DNA of 64,000 nucleotides from Escherichia coli (GTDB lineage Bacteria; Pseudomonadota; Gammaproteobacteria; Enterobacterales; Enterobacteriaceae): NCBI RefSeq assembly GCF_003790525.1, contig NZ_CP033635.1; one strand, 5' to 3'. Shown piece by piece: positions 49,410 to 61,401 of this stretch (position 1 is its first letter; each line of letters starts with the position of its first letter). The notes under the pieces were generated by a model. It saw only the letters and a program-made list of their open reading frames with translations, ran no database searches and was not told where the DNA came from. The position numbers and the translations under genes were made by a program.

Positions 49410-50318
49410 ATGATGTTAAGTAAGAAAAACAGCGAGACGCTGGAAAATTTCAGTGAAAAGCTGGAGGTCGAAGGGCGCAGCTTGTGGCAGGACGCACGTC
49501 GACGTTTTATGCATAACCGTGCGGCGGTTGCCAGTCTGATAGTGCTGGTGCTGATCGCGTTATTTGTCATCCTGGCACCGATGCTTTCGCAGTTTGCCTA
49601 TGACGATACTGACTGGGCGATGATGTCCAGCGCCCCGGATATGGAGTCCGGTCACTACTTTGGTACTGACTCATCTGGTCGCGACCTGCTTGTGCGCGTT
49701 GCGATTGGCGGGCGTATCTCACTCATGGTCGGTGTTGCTGCGGCACTGGTGGCAGTGGTCGTGGGGACACTTTATGGTTCGCTTTCCGGTTATCTGGGCG
49801 GTAAAGTGGATTCGGTAATGATGCGTCTGCTGGAAATCCTCAACTCCTTCCCATTCATGTTCTTCGTCATTTTGCTGGTGACCTTTTTCGGTCAAAACAT
49901 CCTGCTGATTTTCGTGGCGATTGGCATGGTTTCCTGGCTGGATATGGCTCGTATTGTGCGTGGGCAAACCCTGAGTCTGAAGCGCAAAGAGTTTATTGAG
50001 GCGGCACAAGTTGGCGGTGTATCGACGCCGGGCATTGTTATTCGCCACATTGTGCCGAACGTACTCGGTGTGGTGGTGGTCTACGCATCGCTATTGGTGC
50101 CCAGCATGATCCTCTTTGAATCTTTCCTTAGCTTCCTGGGGTTGGGGACGCAAGAGCCGTTAAGCAGCTGGGGCGCATTGCTGAGTGATGGCGCGAACTC
50201 GATGGAAGTCTCTCCATGGTTACTGTTGTTCCCAGCGGGATTCCTCGTGGTGACGCTATTTTGTTTCAACTTTATCGGCGATGGCTTGCGTGATGCCCTC
50301 GACCCGAAAGATCGTTAA
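49410..50318 (+). CDS. oppC: Oligopeptide ABC transporter permease OppC
   Basis: ORF track; 302 aa. Confidence 0.95.
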   Translation: MMLSKKNSETLENFSEKLEVEGRSLWQDARRRFMHNRAAVASLIVLVLIALFVILAPMLSQFAYDDTDWAMMSSAPDMESGHYFGTDSSGRDLLVRVAIGGRISLMVGVAAALVAVVVGTLYGSLSGYLGGKVDSVMMRLLEILNSFPFMFFVILLVTFFGQNILLIFVAIGMVSWLDMARIVRGQTLSLKRKEFIEAAQVGGVSTPGIVIRHIVPNVLGVVVVYASLLVPSMILFESFLSFLGLGTQEPLSSWGALLSDGANSMEVSPWLLLFPAGFLVVTLFCFNFIGDGLRDALDPKDR

Positions 50319-50329
50319 GGAGTGCAGCC

Positions 50330-51343
50330 ATGAGCGTAATTGAAACTGCAACTGTGCCGCTCGCACAACAACAGGCTGACGCACTGCTGAACGTGAAAGA
50401 TTTGCGTGTCACCTTTAATACCCCGGACGGCGACGTCACGGCGGTCAATGATCTGAATTTTTCCCTACGTGCCGGAGAAACGCTGGGCATTGTAGGTGAG
50501 TCTGGTTCGGGTAAATCGCAAACTGCATTTGCGTTGATGGGCCTGTTGGCTGCCAACGGACGTATTGGCGGATCGGCAACCTTCAATGGGCGTGAAATCC
50601 TCAATTTGCCAGAGCGTGAACTCAATAAACTGCGCGCTGAACAAATCTCAATGATTTTTCAGGACCCAATGACTTCGTTGAATCCCTATATGCGCGTCGG
50701 TGAGCAGTTGATGGAAGTGCTGATGCTGCATAAGAACATGAGCAAAGCTGAGGCGTTTGAAGAGTCGGTGCGGATGCTCGATGCGGTAAAAATGCCGGAA
50801 GCGCGTAAACGCATGAAAATGTACCCGCACGAATTTTCTGGCGGCATGCGTCAGCGAGTTATGATTGCGATGGCATTGCTATGTCGACCTAAGCTGCTGA
50901 TTGCGGATGAACCCACTACTGCGCTGGACGTCACCGTACAGGCGCAGATCATGACGCTATTGAATGAACTGAAGCGGGAATTTAATACCGCCATCATTAT
51001 GATTACCCACGATCTTGGCGTGGTGGCGGGGATCTGCGACAAAGTGCTGGTAATGTACGCCGGGCGCACGATGGAATATGGCAACGCGCGCGATGTCTTT
51101 TATCAACCCGTTCATCCTTATTCTATCGGTTTGCTCAACGCGGTGCCGCGTCTCGATGCGGAAGGTGAAACAATGTTGACCATCCCTGGTAATCCGCCAA
51201 ACCTGCTGCGATTACCGAAAGGTTGCCCGTTCCAGCCACGTTGTCCGCATGCGATGGAAATTTGTAGTAGCGCACCGCCGCTGGAAGAGTTTACGCCTGG
51301 CCGTCTGCGTGCTTGCTTTAAACCGGTGGAGGAACTGTTATGA
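50330..51343 (+). CDS. oppD: Oligopeptide ABC transporter ATP-binding protein OppD
   Basis: ORF track; 337 aa, Walker A GESGSGKS. Confidence 0.95.
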   Translation: MSVIETATVPLAQQQADALLNVKDLRVTFNTPDGDVTAVNDLNFSLRAGETLGIVGESGSGKSQTAFALMGLLAANGRIGGSATFNGREILNLPERELNKLRAEQISMIFQDPMTSLNPYMRVGEQLMEVLMLHKNMSKAEAFEESVRMLDAVKMPEARKRMKMYPHEFSGGMRQRVMIAMALLCRPKLLIADEPTTALDVTVQAQIMTLLNELKREFNTAIIMITHDLGVVAGICDKVLVMYAGRTMEYGNARDVFYQPVHPYSIGLLNAVPRLDAEGETMLTIPGNPPNLLRLPKGCPFQPRCPHAMEICSSAPPLEEFTPGRLRACFKPVEELL

Positions 51344-52344
51344 ATGCTGTAACCGAAGGAAGAAAAGTCCTCCTCGAAATCGCCGATCTGAAAGTGCACT
51401 TTGAAATCAAAGATGGCAAACAGTGGTTCTGGCAACCGCCGAAAACGCTCAAAGCCGTCGATGGTGTAACTCTTCGCCTGTATGAAGGGGAAACATTAGG
51501 TGTGGTAGGGGAATCGGGATGCGGTAAGTCCACCTTTGCTCGCGCCATCATCGGTTTGGTCAAGGCGACCGACGGTCATGTTGCCTGGTTAGGTAAAGAG
51601 TTGCTGGGCATGAAGCCCGATGAATGGCGTGCCGTTCGCAGTGATATTCAGATGATTTTCCAGGATCCGTTGGCATCGCTGAACCCGCGTATGACCATCG
51701 GCGAGATCATCGCTGAACCACTGCGTACTTATCATCCGAAAATGTCACGCCAGGAAGTTCGCGAGCGCGTGAAGGCGATGATGCTGAAAGTCGGGTTATT
51801 GCCTAACCTGATTAACCGCTATCCGCATGAGTTCTCTGGTGGGCAGTGCCAGCGTATCGGGATTGCACGTGCACTTATTCTTGAACCGAAGCTGATTATC
51901 TGTGATGAGCCGGTGTCGGCGCTGGATGTGTCAATTCAGGCGCAGGTGGTCAACCTGCTCCAGCAGTTACAACGTGAGATGGGATTGTCATTAATTTTTA
52001 TCGCTCACGACCTGGCCGTGGTAAAACACATTTCCGATCGTGTGTTGGTGATGTATCTCGGCCATGCGGTAGAACTGGGGACCTATGATGAGGTCTACCA
52101 CAATCCACTACATCCTTACACCAGGGCATTGATGTCGGCAGTCCCCATACCTGATCCGGATCTGGAGAAGAACAAAACCATCCAGTTACTGGAAGGGGAA
52201 TTACCGTCGCCGATCAACCCGCCTTCCGGTTGTGTTTTCCGTACCCGTTGCCCGATTGCCGGTCCGGAGTGCGCCAAAACACGTCCTGTGCTGGAGGGCA
52301 GTTTCAGACACGCCGTTTCTTGCCTGAAAGTCGATCCACTTTAA
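51340..52344 (+). CDS. oppF: Oligopeptide ABC transporter ATP-binding protein OppF
   Basis: ORF track; 334 aa, Walker A GESGCGKS; 4-nt overlap with oppD. Confidence 0.95.
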   Translation: MNAVTEGRKVLLEIADLKVHFEIKDGKQWFWQPPKTLKAVDGVTLRLYEGETLGVVGESGCGKSTFARAIIGLVKATDGHVAWLGKELLGMKPDEWRAVRSDIQMIFQDPLASLNPRMTIGEIIAEPLRTYHPKMSRQEVRERVKAMMLKVGLLPNLINRYPHEFSGGQCQRIGIARALILEPKLIICDEPVSALDVSIQAQVVNLLQQLQREMGLSLIFIAHDLAVVKHISDRVLVMYLGHAVELGTYDEVYHNPLHPYTRALMSAVPIPDPDLEKNKTIQLLEGELPSPINPPSGCVFRTRCPIAGPECAKTRPVLEGSFRHAVSCLKVDPL

Positions 52345-52352
52345 ACACAATA

Positions 52353-52380
52353 AGGGCTGACAGTTGTCAGCCCTTTTTCA
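52353..52380 (+). terminator. Rho-independent terminator of the opp operon
   Basis: agggctgaca..tgtcagccct hairpin followed by T5 just after oppF stop. Confidence 0.7.
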
Positions 52381-52396
52381 CGCCGAAAGCGATTAT

Positions 52397-54221
<1,825 letters not shown>

Positions 54222-54363
54222 AGATTAGAAATCCTTTTGAAAGCGCATTGTTATGAGTTTACGCATATGGATTCATCTGGCAAATAAAAACGCGGGAAAA
54301 GCACTGGTCAGCGTCGGGGGGGGGGGTATAATGACCATTCTGTTATTGCATAGAGTAGTTAAC

Positions 54364-54537
54364 ATGAAGCGGAGTAGAACGGAAGTGGGGCGCTGGCGCA
54401 TGCAGCGTCAGGCTAGCCGACGTAAATCGCGTTGGCTTGAGGGGCAGTCGCGCCGAAATATGCGTATCCACAGCATCAGGAAGTGCATTCTAAACAAACA
54501 GCGTAACTCGTTATTGTTTGCGATCTACAATATCTAA
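54364..54537 (+). CDS. yciY: Small basic protein YciY (57 aa)
   Basis: Within ORF track 54253..54537; trimmed to MKRSRTEVGRWRMQRQASRRKSRW; G11 tract plus TATAAT lies 40 nt upstream. Confidence 0.6.
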   Translation: MKRSRTEVGRWRMQRQASRRKSRWLEGQSRRNMRIHSIRKCILNKQRNSLLFAIYNI

Positions 54538-54591
54538 ATGTACTGGGCACCATTGCGGTGCCCAATAAGTTTACTCTTCCGTCTTTAAAGT

Positions 54592-55845
54592 CTATTTTTG
54601 CGCTGATTCTTTATTGTCAGCTTTCGTTTCTTGTTCATCGTTATCGCTGAAAATACCATGACCGGAGTTCAACAACATTGAAACGAGCATATCATTATTA
54701 ATCTCTTCACCATTTAAAACTCGTGCCAGAATTTCGCTGCCAAACAGTTGCGGCGAGAGAATGATATCCGGATGTACCATCTTAATCTTATTCAGGTTTT
54801 TGCTATCACTGACGGCGAGAACTGTTTTGACATCACTGCTCATATCTTTTGCCGAGAGTACAACAAACGCGTTATCTGCATCGTTATCACTCAGCGCCAG
54901 AATGGCCCGGCATCGATCGATTCCTGCTTTCTTTAATACTGAACTGTCATTACTGTCACCGGGGATAACATCAGCGTTATCACCTAAGCGTTGCTCAAGT
55001 TGCTTGATATCATCTTCAGGCAAGTTGCTGATAACCGTTACATTTTGTCCGCGTTGATTCAGTTGCAGAATCGTATTGATGGCGAGAATCGAATGTCCGC
55101 AAACAATAAAATGATCTTTACGATGCATTGTATGATTGTTTCCTTTTACAAGTTTGTTGAATCCCCCGCGGATAAGCGGGCCAAAAATTGAAGTCATGGA
55201 GGTGGCAAAAACGGTAATGCCGGAAATAATGACCGAAATAGTGAACAATCGTGCTGATTCAGAAACAGGGACAATATCGCCGTAGCCGACGGTTGACATG
55301 GTTTCTATCGAAAAATAGAACGCGGTCATCAAACTTTCTATTCGCGGATTAAAACCTTCGCTTAAATAAAGCGCACCGTAGGTGGAGTAAAACAGTAACG
55401 TCGTGAAACTAATAAATGCGAAAATTGTCCCGGCTGCGGCGCTACTGTGGGAGAAGTCTTTGCGCAGTATCAGCAAAAACACCAGCGTAAAAATGCAAAA
55501 TCCAATACTAAATTTCAGCCAGGGATAAAAATGCAGGGTGTAAATTAGCGCTATCAACAACAAAATGATACTGATTGCCCATGCGAGCTTTGCCCGGAAC
55601 AGTAAGCCAATGGAGTTCAGGACAAGAAAGACGCCGAGCATAAATAGAGGGGCGTTTGCCAGCAAGGAGAGATCCAACTCTGAAAATGCTTTGATATGGA
55701 AAATATCTAGCAAATTGACCGACATACCATAGATTGTTTTAAAAATAAGCAATCCATTTAAAAAGACGGCCAGCGCGAGAATGTCGTGCCGTAGGGTCAC
55801 CCATAAATTAGTTGCTGTTTGTTTGAATGTAGCCCAGTGACTCAC
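54592..55845 (-). CDS. kch: Voltage-gated potassium channel Kch
   Basis: ORF track 54592..55863; trimmed to GTG start giving (M)SHWATFKQTATNLW, 417 aa; TVGYGD selectivity filter present. Confidence 0.9.
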   Translation of the reverse strand: MSHWATFKQTATNLWVTLRHDILALAVFLNGLLIFKTIYGMSVNLLDIFHIKAFSELDLSLLANAPLFMLGVFLVLNSIGLLFRAKLAWAISIILLLIALIYTLHFYPWLKFSIGFCIFTLVFLLILRKDFSHSSAAAGTIFAFISFTTLLFYSTYGALYLSEGFNPRIESLMTAFYFSIETMSTVGYGDIVPVSESARLFTISVIISGITVFATSMTSIFGPLIRGGFNKLVKGNNHTMHRKDHFIVCGHSILAINTILQLNQRGQNVTVISNLPEDDIKQLEQRLGDNADVIPGDSNDSSVLKKAGIDRCRAILALSDNDADNAFVVLSAKDMSSDVKTVLAVSDSKNLNKIKMVHPDIILSPQLFGSEILARVLNGEEINNDMLVSMLLNSGHGIFSDNDEQETKADNKESAQK

Positions 55846-56101
55846 TGATACCTCTGTAACCACAATTTTGTTTAATTATCTCAACGTGCACATTTTCTGA
55901 ACATACATGCAGCGCGTGAATGTGTTAAACAATAGTAGATGACTTTATCCGCAGTAATCAAAGGTTTTGAGTGAGCAACTCTGCGTCAGGAAAGGGCATT
56001 TTCCTGAATATGTTCACATCATATAAAGAAATACAGATAAAGTTATTATCTGCTTGTGGTGGTGAATGCACTGACCGACCTATAAGGAAAGGCCAAACAA
56101 G

Positions 56102-56122
56102 AACACGGTTGCAAAAACCGTG
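56102..56122 (-). terminator. Orphaned hairpin, probably the ancestral yciI terminator
   Basis: cacggtt-gcaaa-aaccgtg hairpin next to the yciI 3'-end repeat at the left island junction. Confidence 0.4.
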
Positions 56123-56145
56123 CCCTTAAATATTGAATTTCTATT

Positions 56146-56166
56146 CAGAACACTTTCTTAAAATGT
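56146..56166. repeat. Left att-like direct repeat (duplicate of yciI 3' terminus)
   Basis: tcagaacactttcttaaaatg matches tcaaaacactttcttaaatgg at 60882-60902 (18/21 identical), about 300 bp from kch start. Confidence 0.55.
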
Positions 56167-56348
56167 CATTCAGACCATTTCGAAGAATTTCGCATAAAAA
56201 CGTTCTGTTACGTTGAACCCTTACGCCATCTGCCTTTCAGCCCCTAAGCCATCACACTTCGAGTACAAGTGTTACATTGCGGGTATCTTTGAGCAACGAG
56301 TTTTGTGTACACTTTTGCGTACTCGCAAGCCAGATGTGTACACATTCA

Positions 56349-56477
56349 ATGATTACCGACACAAAGCTCAGGAAGTCCCTGGGCAAGAAACGAGATGATA
56401 TCGAAACCATTTCAGATTCTCATGGGCTGAACGCAAGGATCAGTCAGGCTGGTAAAGTTTCTTTTTTCTACCGATAC
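56349..56477 (+). pseudogene. P4-type tyrosine integrase, N-terminal fragment truncated by IS insertion
   Basis: Translation [43 protein letters not shown] resembles integrase N-termini (..TDTK..SD..GL..W/FRYRY); reading frame runs into the IS terminal repeat at 56478. Confidence 0.55.
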
Positions 56478-57400
<923 letters not shown>

Positions 57401-57828
57401 GTTCTTTATCAGGGAATATTCAGGTAGCAAACGCAAGCTCAGGAACCACATGGAGCTTTATGAAATCAACTGGTAACGCTGTAGCGCCTGGAGCATGGGT
57501 TCCGAATTCAGATGGCCGCCTGAAAGATGGAGTGTCCAGAATTGGAGACCCGCTCAGTAAGATGGAAATGCTAAAAGGTTGTTCCTGGACGCGAAAAGAT
57601 ACCGGACAATGGGGGATTGGGTTTATCGCGCAGGATGTTAAGAAAATCTTCCCCCAGGCAGTAACTGAGGGAGGTGATCGTCAACTTCCTGATGGAACTA
57701 TGGTGGAAGGAGTACTCTCTCCAGATACTTACGGCGTTGCGGCAGCGTTGCATCATGAAGCGATTCTGGCACTAATGAACGAACTCAGTGAATTACGAGA
57801 AGAAGTGAATGCGCTGAAAAGTGAGTAA
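57401..57828 (+). pseudogene. Phage tail fibre/tailspike C-terminal fragment (intramolecular chaperone, peptidase S74-like domain)
   Basis: ORF track 57352..57828; ...SDGRLKDGV...LKGCSWTRKDTGQWGIGFIAQDVKKIFPQAV... matches the conserved C-terminal chaperone domain pattern; upstream part replaced by the IS. Confidence 0.65.
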
Positions 57829-57916
57829 GGGAATCATTCTTATAATCTGGAAGCCGCAACCACGCCGGATTGTACTTAATCAGTGTGACGGTTCAAGGCG
57901 TTTAATCTGAAAACAG

Positions 57917-58144
57917 CTACATATCAGTCTCTTCAAACATTTCCTGAACAGTACGGCTTATCTGTTCATTCTCATGCTTGTTGGCGTCAGTGTTGATCGC
58001 CGGCAATGTCATCATCGGTTTAACCCGGACATCAGCGCCGGGGAAAATCCGGTGAACCCTCTTGGTCAACTCGCCCAGAATGATATCTTTTGCACCGGGC
58101 AGTCCATCAAAATTCCTTTTGCCATAAACGAGTTCCACGAACAT
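57917..58144 (-). CDS. DinI-family DNA-damage-inducible protein homolog
   Basis: ORF track; 75 aa MFVELVYGKRNFDGLPGAKDIILGELTKRVHRIFPGADVRVKPM..., size and pattern of DinI-like proteins; GAGG RBS; LexA-like box directly upstream. Confidence 0.65.
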   Translation of the reverse strand: MFVELVYGKRNFDGLPGAKDIILGELTKRVHRIFPGADVRVKPMMTLPAINTDANKHENEQISRTVQEMFEETDM

Positions 58145-58159
58145 TGCTCATTGCCTCTT

Positions 58160-58179
58160 TACTGGGTGTATATACAGTA
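58160..58179. promoter_or_regulatory. LexA (SOS) box-like palindrome
   Basis: tactgggtgtatatacagta = CTG-N10-CAG with 17/20 match to TACTGTATATATATACAGTA; between divergent dinI-like gene and the 58220 ORF. Confidence 0.5.
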
Positions 58180-58219
58180 TTTATACTGTGTTTTTATCCG
58201 GTATTCAAGAGAGGGCGTA

Positions 58220-58573
58220 ATGATGCCACGACGCAGCGATATTGAAATAGCCTGGTATTCTTCGATACAGCAAGAGCCGAATGGCCGGAAGACCGTCACT
58301 ACACAGCGATTTGTTCAGGGGTTGAGCAAAGTTAACTGGGAATTCTCACTCAAAGATGCTAATGCCTGGATCGAATCCAGCGTGAGCACTTTTAAATATT
58401 TATCAATGGTAGAGGGGGAAGAACGCACTTTCATGCTCTATAGCCTTGATTTATGCGATGCACATTTCCACAACCTAGTCAGGACAACCTCTTTTCTAAT
58501 AAAATGTAGATGCCTAATTTTAGGCGTCTACATAATTAATGATGATTTATTACAATTATTTTCTAGATACTAA
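58220..58573 (+). CDS. Hypothetical protein (117 aa), no recognisable domain
   Basis: 3' part of ORF track 57974..58573; start chosen at ATGATG with GAGG RBS because the upstream extension overlaps the dinI-like gene and its promoter. Confidence 0.4.
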   Translation: MMPRRSDIEIAWYSSIQQEPNGRKTVTTQRFVQGLSKVNWEFSLKDANAWIESSVSTFKYLSMVEGEERTFMLYSLDLCDAHFHNLVRTTSFLIKCRCLILGVYIINDDLLQLFSRY

Positions 58574-60363
58574 TCGTGAAATAATGACATTGAATAAATC
58601 CACGACGGGGTCATGTTAATTAACTTATCATAATTAAAGTTATCACTGTTTTCACAGACATGCTTTGCGTTGTGATTAAATGATACCAATCCAGATTGAA
58701 TGAAATGTTTATCAACTAATGAAGATACACAGAAAAAAGGTTTTCCATTGGCGTCGGTTATGAATTTTTTAATGGCGTCTTTATCATTTGATTTAATAAG
58801 TACAGGAACATCACCAAAATCGAGTGGGGTTGTGCTCATTTTAAAGACGAAATCTTCATCTTTTTCTTCTCCGATTTTGTTGAAAATATTACTTGGTAGC
58901 ACCCCATTTTCGACGAAATATTTATTTAGTGGTGGTTTATGGTCACCGTAAAAGACGATTACAGCATTTGGATCTATTTTTTCTACTTGCTGTGAAAATT
59001 GAACGAATCTTTTGACTGCCTCATTAATCTCATAGGTATAAACACCTTCACCATAATCATTAATGTGTTGATAAGGACCATGAGTTGACATAGTGATCAA
59101 ATGTACAAAAATATCTTTGTTTCCTGCATTTTGGATGGCTTTTAATGCTGCATTGTAAAGCAGGTAGTCATCAGGTTGCCACTGCCATGGTTTTTTAATA
59201 CTGCTATACTCTGGTGGTAAATCTCCCATATTAATAATGCTATCAAATCTATCAAATCCAAATTTAGGGTAAATTTTATTCCTATACCAAAAGTCTGCTT
59301 GGTAATTATGTGCTGCGAAAGTAATATAGCCTTTGTTTTTCAGGGCATTAGGTAATGCGTCAACTTTTGGTTTGAATGCATCTGAATATTCTTGATAGAT
59401 GATTCCTGATATTTTATCTGAATTACTTGGTAGTCCTGTCAGCATTTCAAATTCGGCATTTGCGGTACCTCCACCGTAAACTGGTGAGATGGCCCGTAAT
59501 TCACTGTAACCTTCATCAATAACAGGTTTGAAATTTTCTCGGAAGTTTTTTTTATCATACCAACATGATTCACATAAAACATAAATAATGGTTTTATTTT
59601 TTATATGAGTGGATACTAAAGATCTTTTTTCATCTAAATATCTTAATTGTTCTGCATCAGTTGCATGTGGTACAGATTTTCTGACACTTGTTTGTATTAT
59701 ATGCATTGGCAAGCCATTAACGCCAATATTTTGAGACCAATTCCAGTAAATATATTTTATATTTAAGTTGTTCGCGCTGGAGTTTATGATTTCAGAAATC
59801 CTATTGTTAGGGCTAAAAATGGTTCCAATATAGGGGTAGAATGAAAAGGGGATCGTAATGATAATTAAAAGAAATAACGATATATAATTTTTTCTTGTTG
59901 TGACCGTTTTTTTGCTAAGTAGGATTGAGATTATTGCGCCAATTAGAATAGCGACAGAGTAAGTAATGGATGATAAGTTGAGGTATTTTCCTGCGACACT
60001 CAAATTGAATCCAGAAACAATGTCATTAAATGATAAAGGCTCACCGGTTAACGCCATTTTAGTACTGTTCACAAACATCAATGTTATAATTGCGATGCCT
60101 GATAAATAAGAACATAGAAAAATTGGAATGTTTATTATTCTAAATAACAAATAAATAAACAAAATGGGGGATGAACGCCAGATGAAATTCAATATTGCAC
60201 CAATTAACTCTTTAGGCGGTTCAATATTTCCTATGATAACTATTGACTGATTTAGAAAACAAAATAAGTACAATAAAAACATAACGTTGACAATGTCGAA
60301 AACATATGATTTCAACTTTAAGTTTTTATATCTTGTAACGACTTTGCTCAAACCGATACTCAT
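58570..60363 (-). CDS. LtaS/sulfatase-family (alkaline phosphatase superfamily) membrane-anchored transferase, phosphoglycerol/phosphoethanolamine transferase-like
   Basis: ORF track 597 aa; about 5 N-terminal TM segments then motifs YVLCESCW, VYGGGTANAEFEMLTG, FYGDHKP typical of LtaS/OpgB/EptA-type enzymes; markedly AT-rich coding sequence. Confidence 0.75.
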   Translation of the reverse strand: MSIGLSKVVTRYKNLKLKSYVFDIVNVMFLLYLFCFLNQSIVIIGNIEPPKELIGAILNFIWRSSPILFIYLLFRIINIPIFLCSYLSGIAIITLMFVNSTKMALTGEPLSFNDIVSGFNLSVAGKYLNLSSITYSVAILIGAIISILLSKKTVTTRKNYISLFLLIIITIPFSFYPYIGTIFSPNNRISEIINSSANNLNIKYIYWNWSQNIGVNGLPMHIIQTSVRKSVPHATDAEQLRYLDEKRSLVSTHIKNKTIIYVLCESCWYDKKNFRENFKPVIDEGYSELRAISPVYGGGTANAEFEMLTGLPSNSDKISGIIYQEYSDAFKPKVDALPNALKNKGYITFAAHNYQADFWYRNKIYPKFGFDRFDSIINMGDLPPEYSSIKKPWQWQPDDYLLYNAALKAIQNAGNKDIFVHLITMSTHGPYQHINDYGEGVYTYEINEAVKRFVQFSQQVEKIDPNAVIVFYGDHKPPLNKYFVENGVLPSNIFNKIGEEKDEDFVFKMSTTPLDFGDVPVLIKSNDKDAIKKFITDANGKPFFCVSSLVDKHFIQSGLVSFNHNAKHVCENSDNFNYDKLINMTPSWIYSMSLFHD

Positions 60364-60471
60364 ATTAATGCTCTATCTCTAGAATAATGAACTTTTATGC
60401 AGAATATCACAAAATGACATTTTGGTTAAATAAATCATGGTAGTCTCTCTTACTAATCATGAGTTTAAAAT

Positions 60472-60729
60472 CTAATTAGTAGAGTATCTAATCTGTCTTT
60501 GGTATGTGTAAAAATCCAGGTTTATCCCACCATCCGGGGCGTATCCCCAGAAAACTGGATCAAGATGGAGTTTCTCGTCACGTTCGCTCAGAAGCAGAAC
60601 TTTGGTGCCTGGCGCAACGTTGAAACGTCCGATCGGTTCAGGGTCATATGGAATGTCTTGCTCGACTTCATCTGCGAGAAGGGCGAGATAGTCTTCACGC
60701 GTCATTGACTGTGAAAAGCGTCCGCACAT
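60472..60729 (-). pseudogene. SOS response-associated peptidase (SRAP/YedK-like), truncated after about 64 conserved residues
   Basis: ORF track 85 aa MCGRFSQSMTREDYLALLADEVEQDIPYDPEPIGRFNVAPGTKVLLLSERDEKLHLDPVFWGYAP then unrelated tail and stop; full-length SRAPs are about 220 aa. Confidence 0.65.
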
Positions 60730-60881
60730 AGAAACCTCCAGCCAGATGTCAGACTGAAAGTATAAGTCGTAGCGAAAAAAAAGGGGCGCTTAGATTAATG
60801 TGTACTTAAATGCGCCCTTTATTATTGATTATGTTGACTGTCTTTCGTTATTGCTTTGAATTTAAATAATATTTAATTTAT

Positions 60882-60902
60882 TCAAAACACTTTCTTAAAT
60901 GG
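60882..60902. repeat. Right att-like direct repeat (3' terminus of intact yciI)
   Basis: tcaaaacactttcttaaatgg; partner of 56146-56166. Confidence 0.55.
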
Positions 60903-61178
60903 TTTCACTGAAACGTGTTCATAGACTCCTGCCGCTACGTACGGGTCAGCATCGGCCCAGGCCTGAGCTGCTTCCAGCGACTCAAATTCAGCAATAACGG
61001 TTGAGCCAGTAAATCCCGCAGCCCCTGGATCGTTACTGTCTACTGCTGGCATTGGACCGGCGGTCAACAAACGACCTTCATCATGCAGTAACTGTAAACG
61101 TGCTAAATGTGCCGGACGAACGGAAAGGCGTTTTTCGAGGCTATCAGCTTTGTCTTGAGCGTAAATAACATACAACAC
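60882..61178 (-). CDS. yciI: YciI-like protein (Dabb-type stress-responsive fold)
   Basis: ORF track 60882..61274; trimmed to GTG start with AAGGAG RBS giving (M)[23 protein letters not shown], 98 aa. Confidence 0.85.
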
Positions 61179-61401
61179 AGGCACAACTCCTTGTTCGGGA
61201 AAGTTGTAAAGTACGTTATTTGAAAGGGCGAAGATCTGCAACGGAAAGATGATGTCTTTGTTAAGACCATGCATAAAGTAAGGTCAATTACGCCAAAAAT
61301 GACATTTTCACTGATCCTGATCGTCTTGCCTTATTGAATATGATTGCTATTTGCATTTAAAATCGGGGCCTGGTTTTTCTACTGAAATGATTATGACTTC
61401 A

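Noticed and set aside
57974-58219. N-terminal extension of the 199-aa ORF 57974..58573
   Set aside because: The upstream 82 codons overlap the dinI-like gene and its promoter/LexA box on the other strand; the internal ATGATG at 58220 with a GAGG RBS is the more plausible start.
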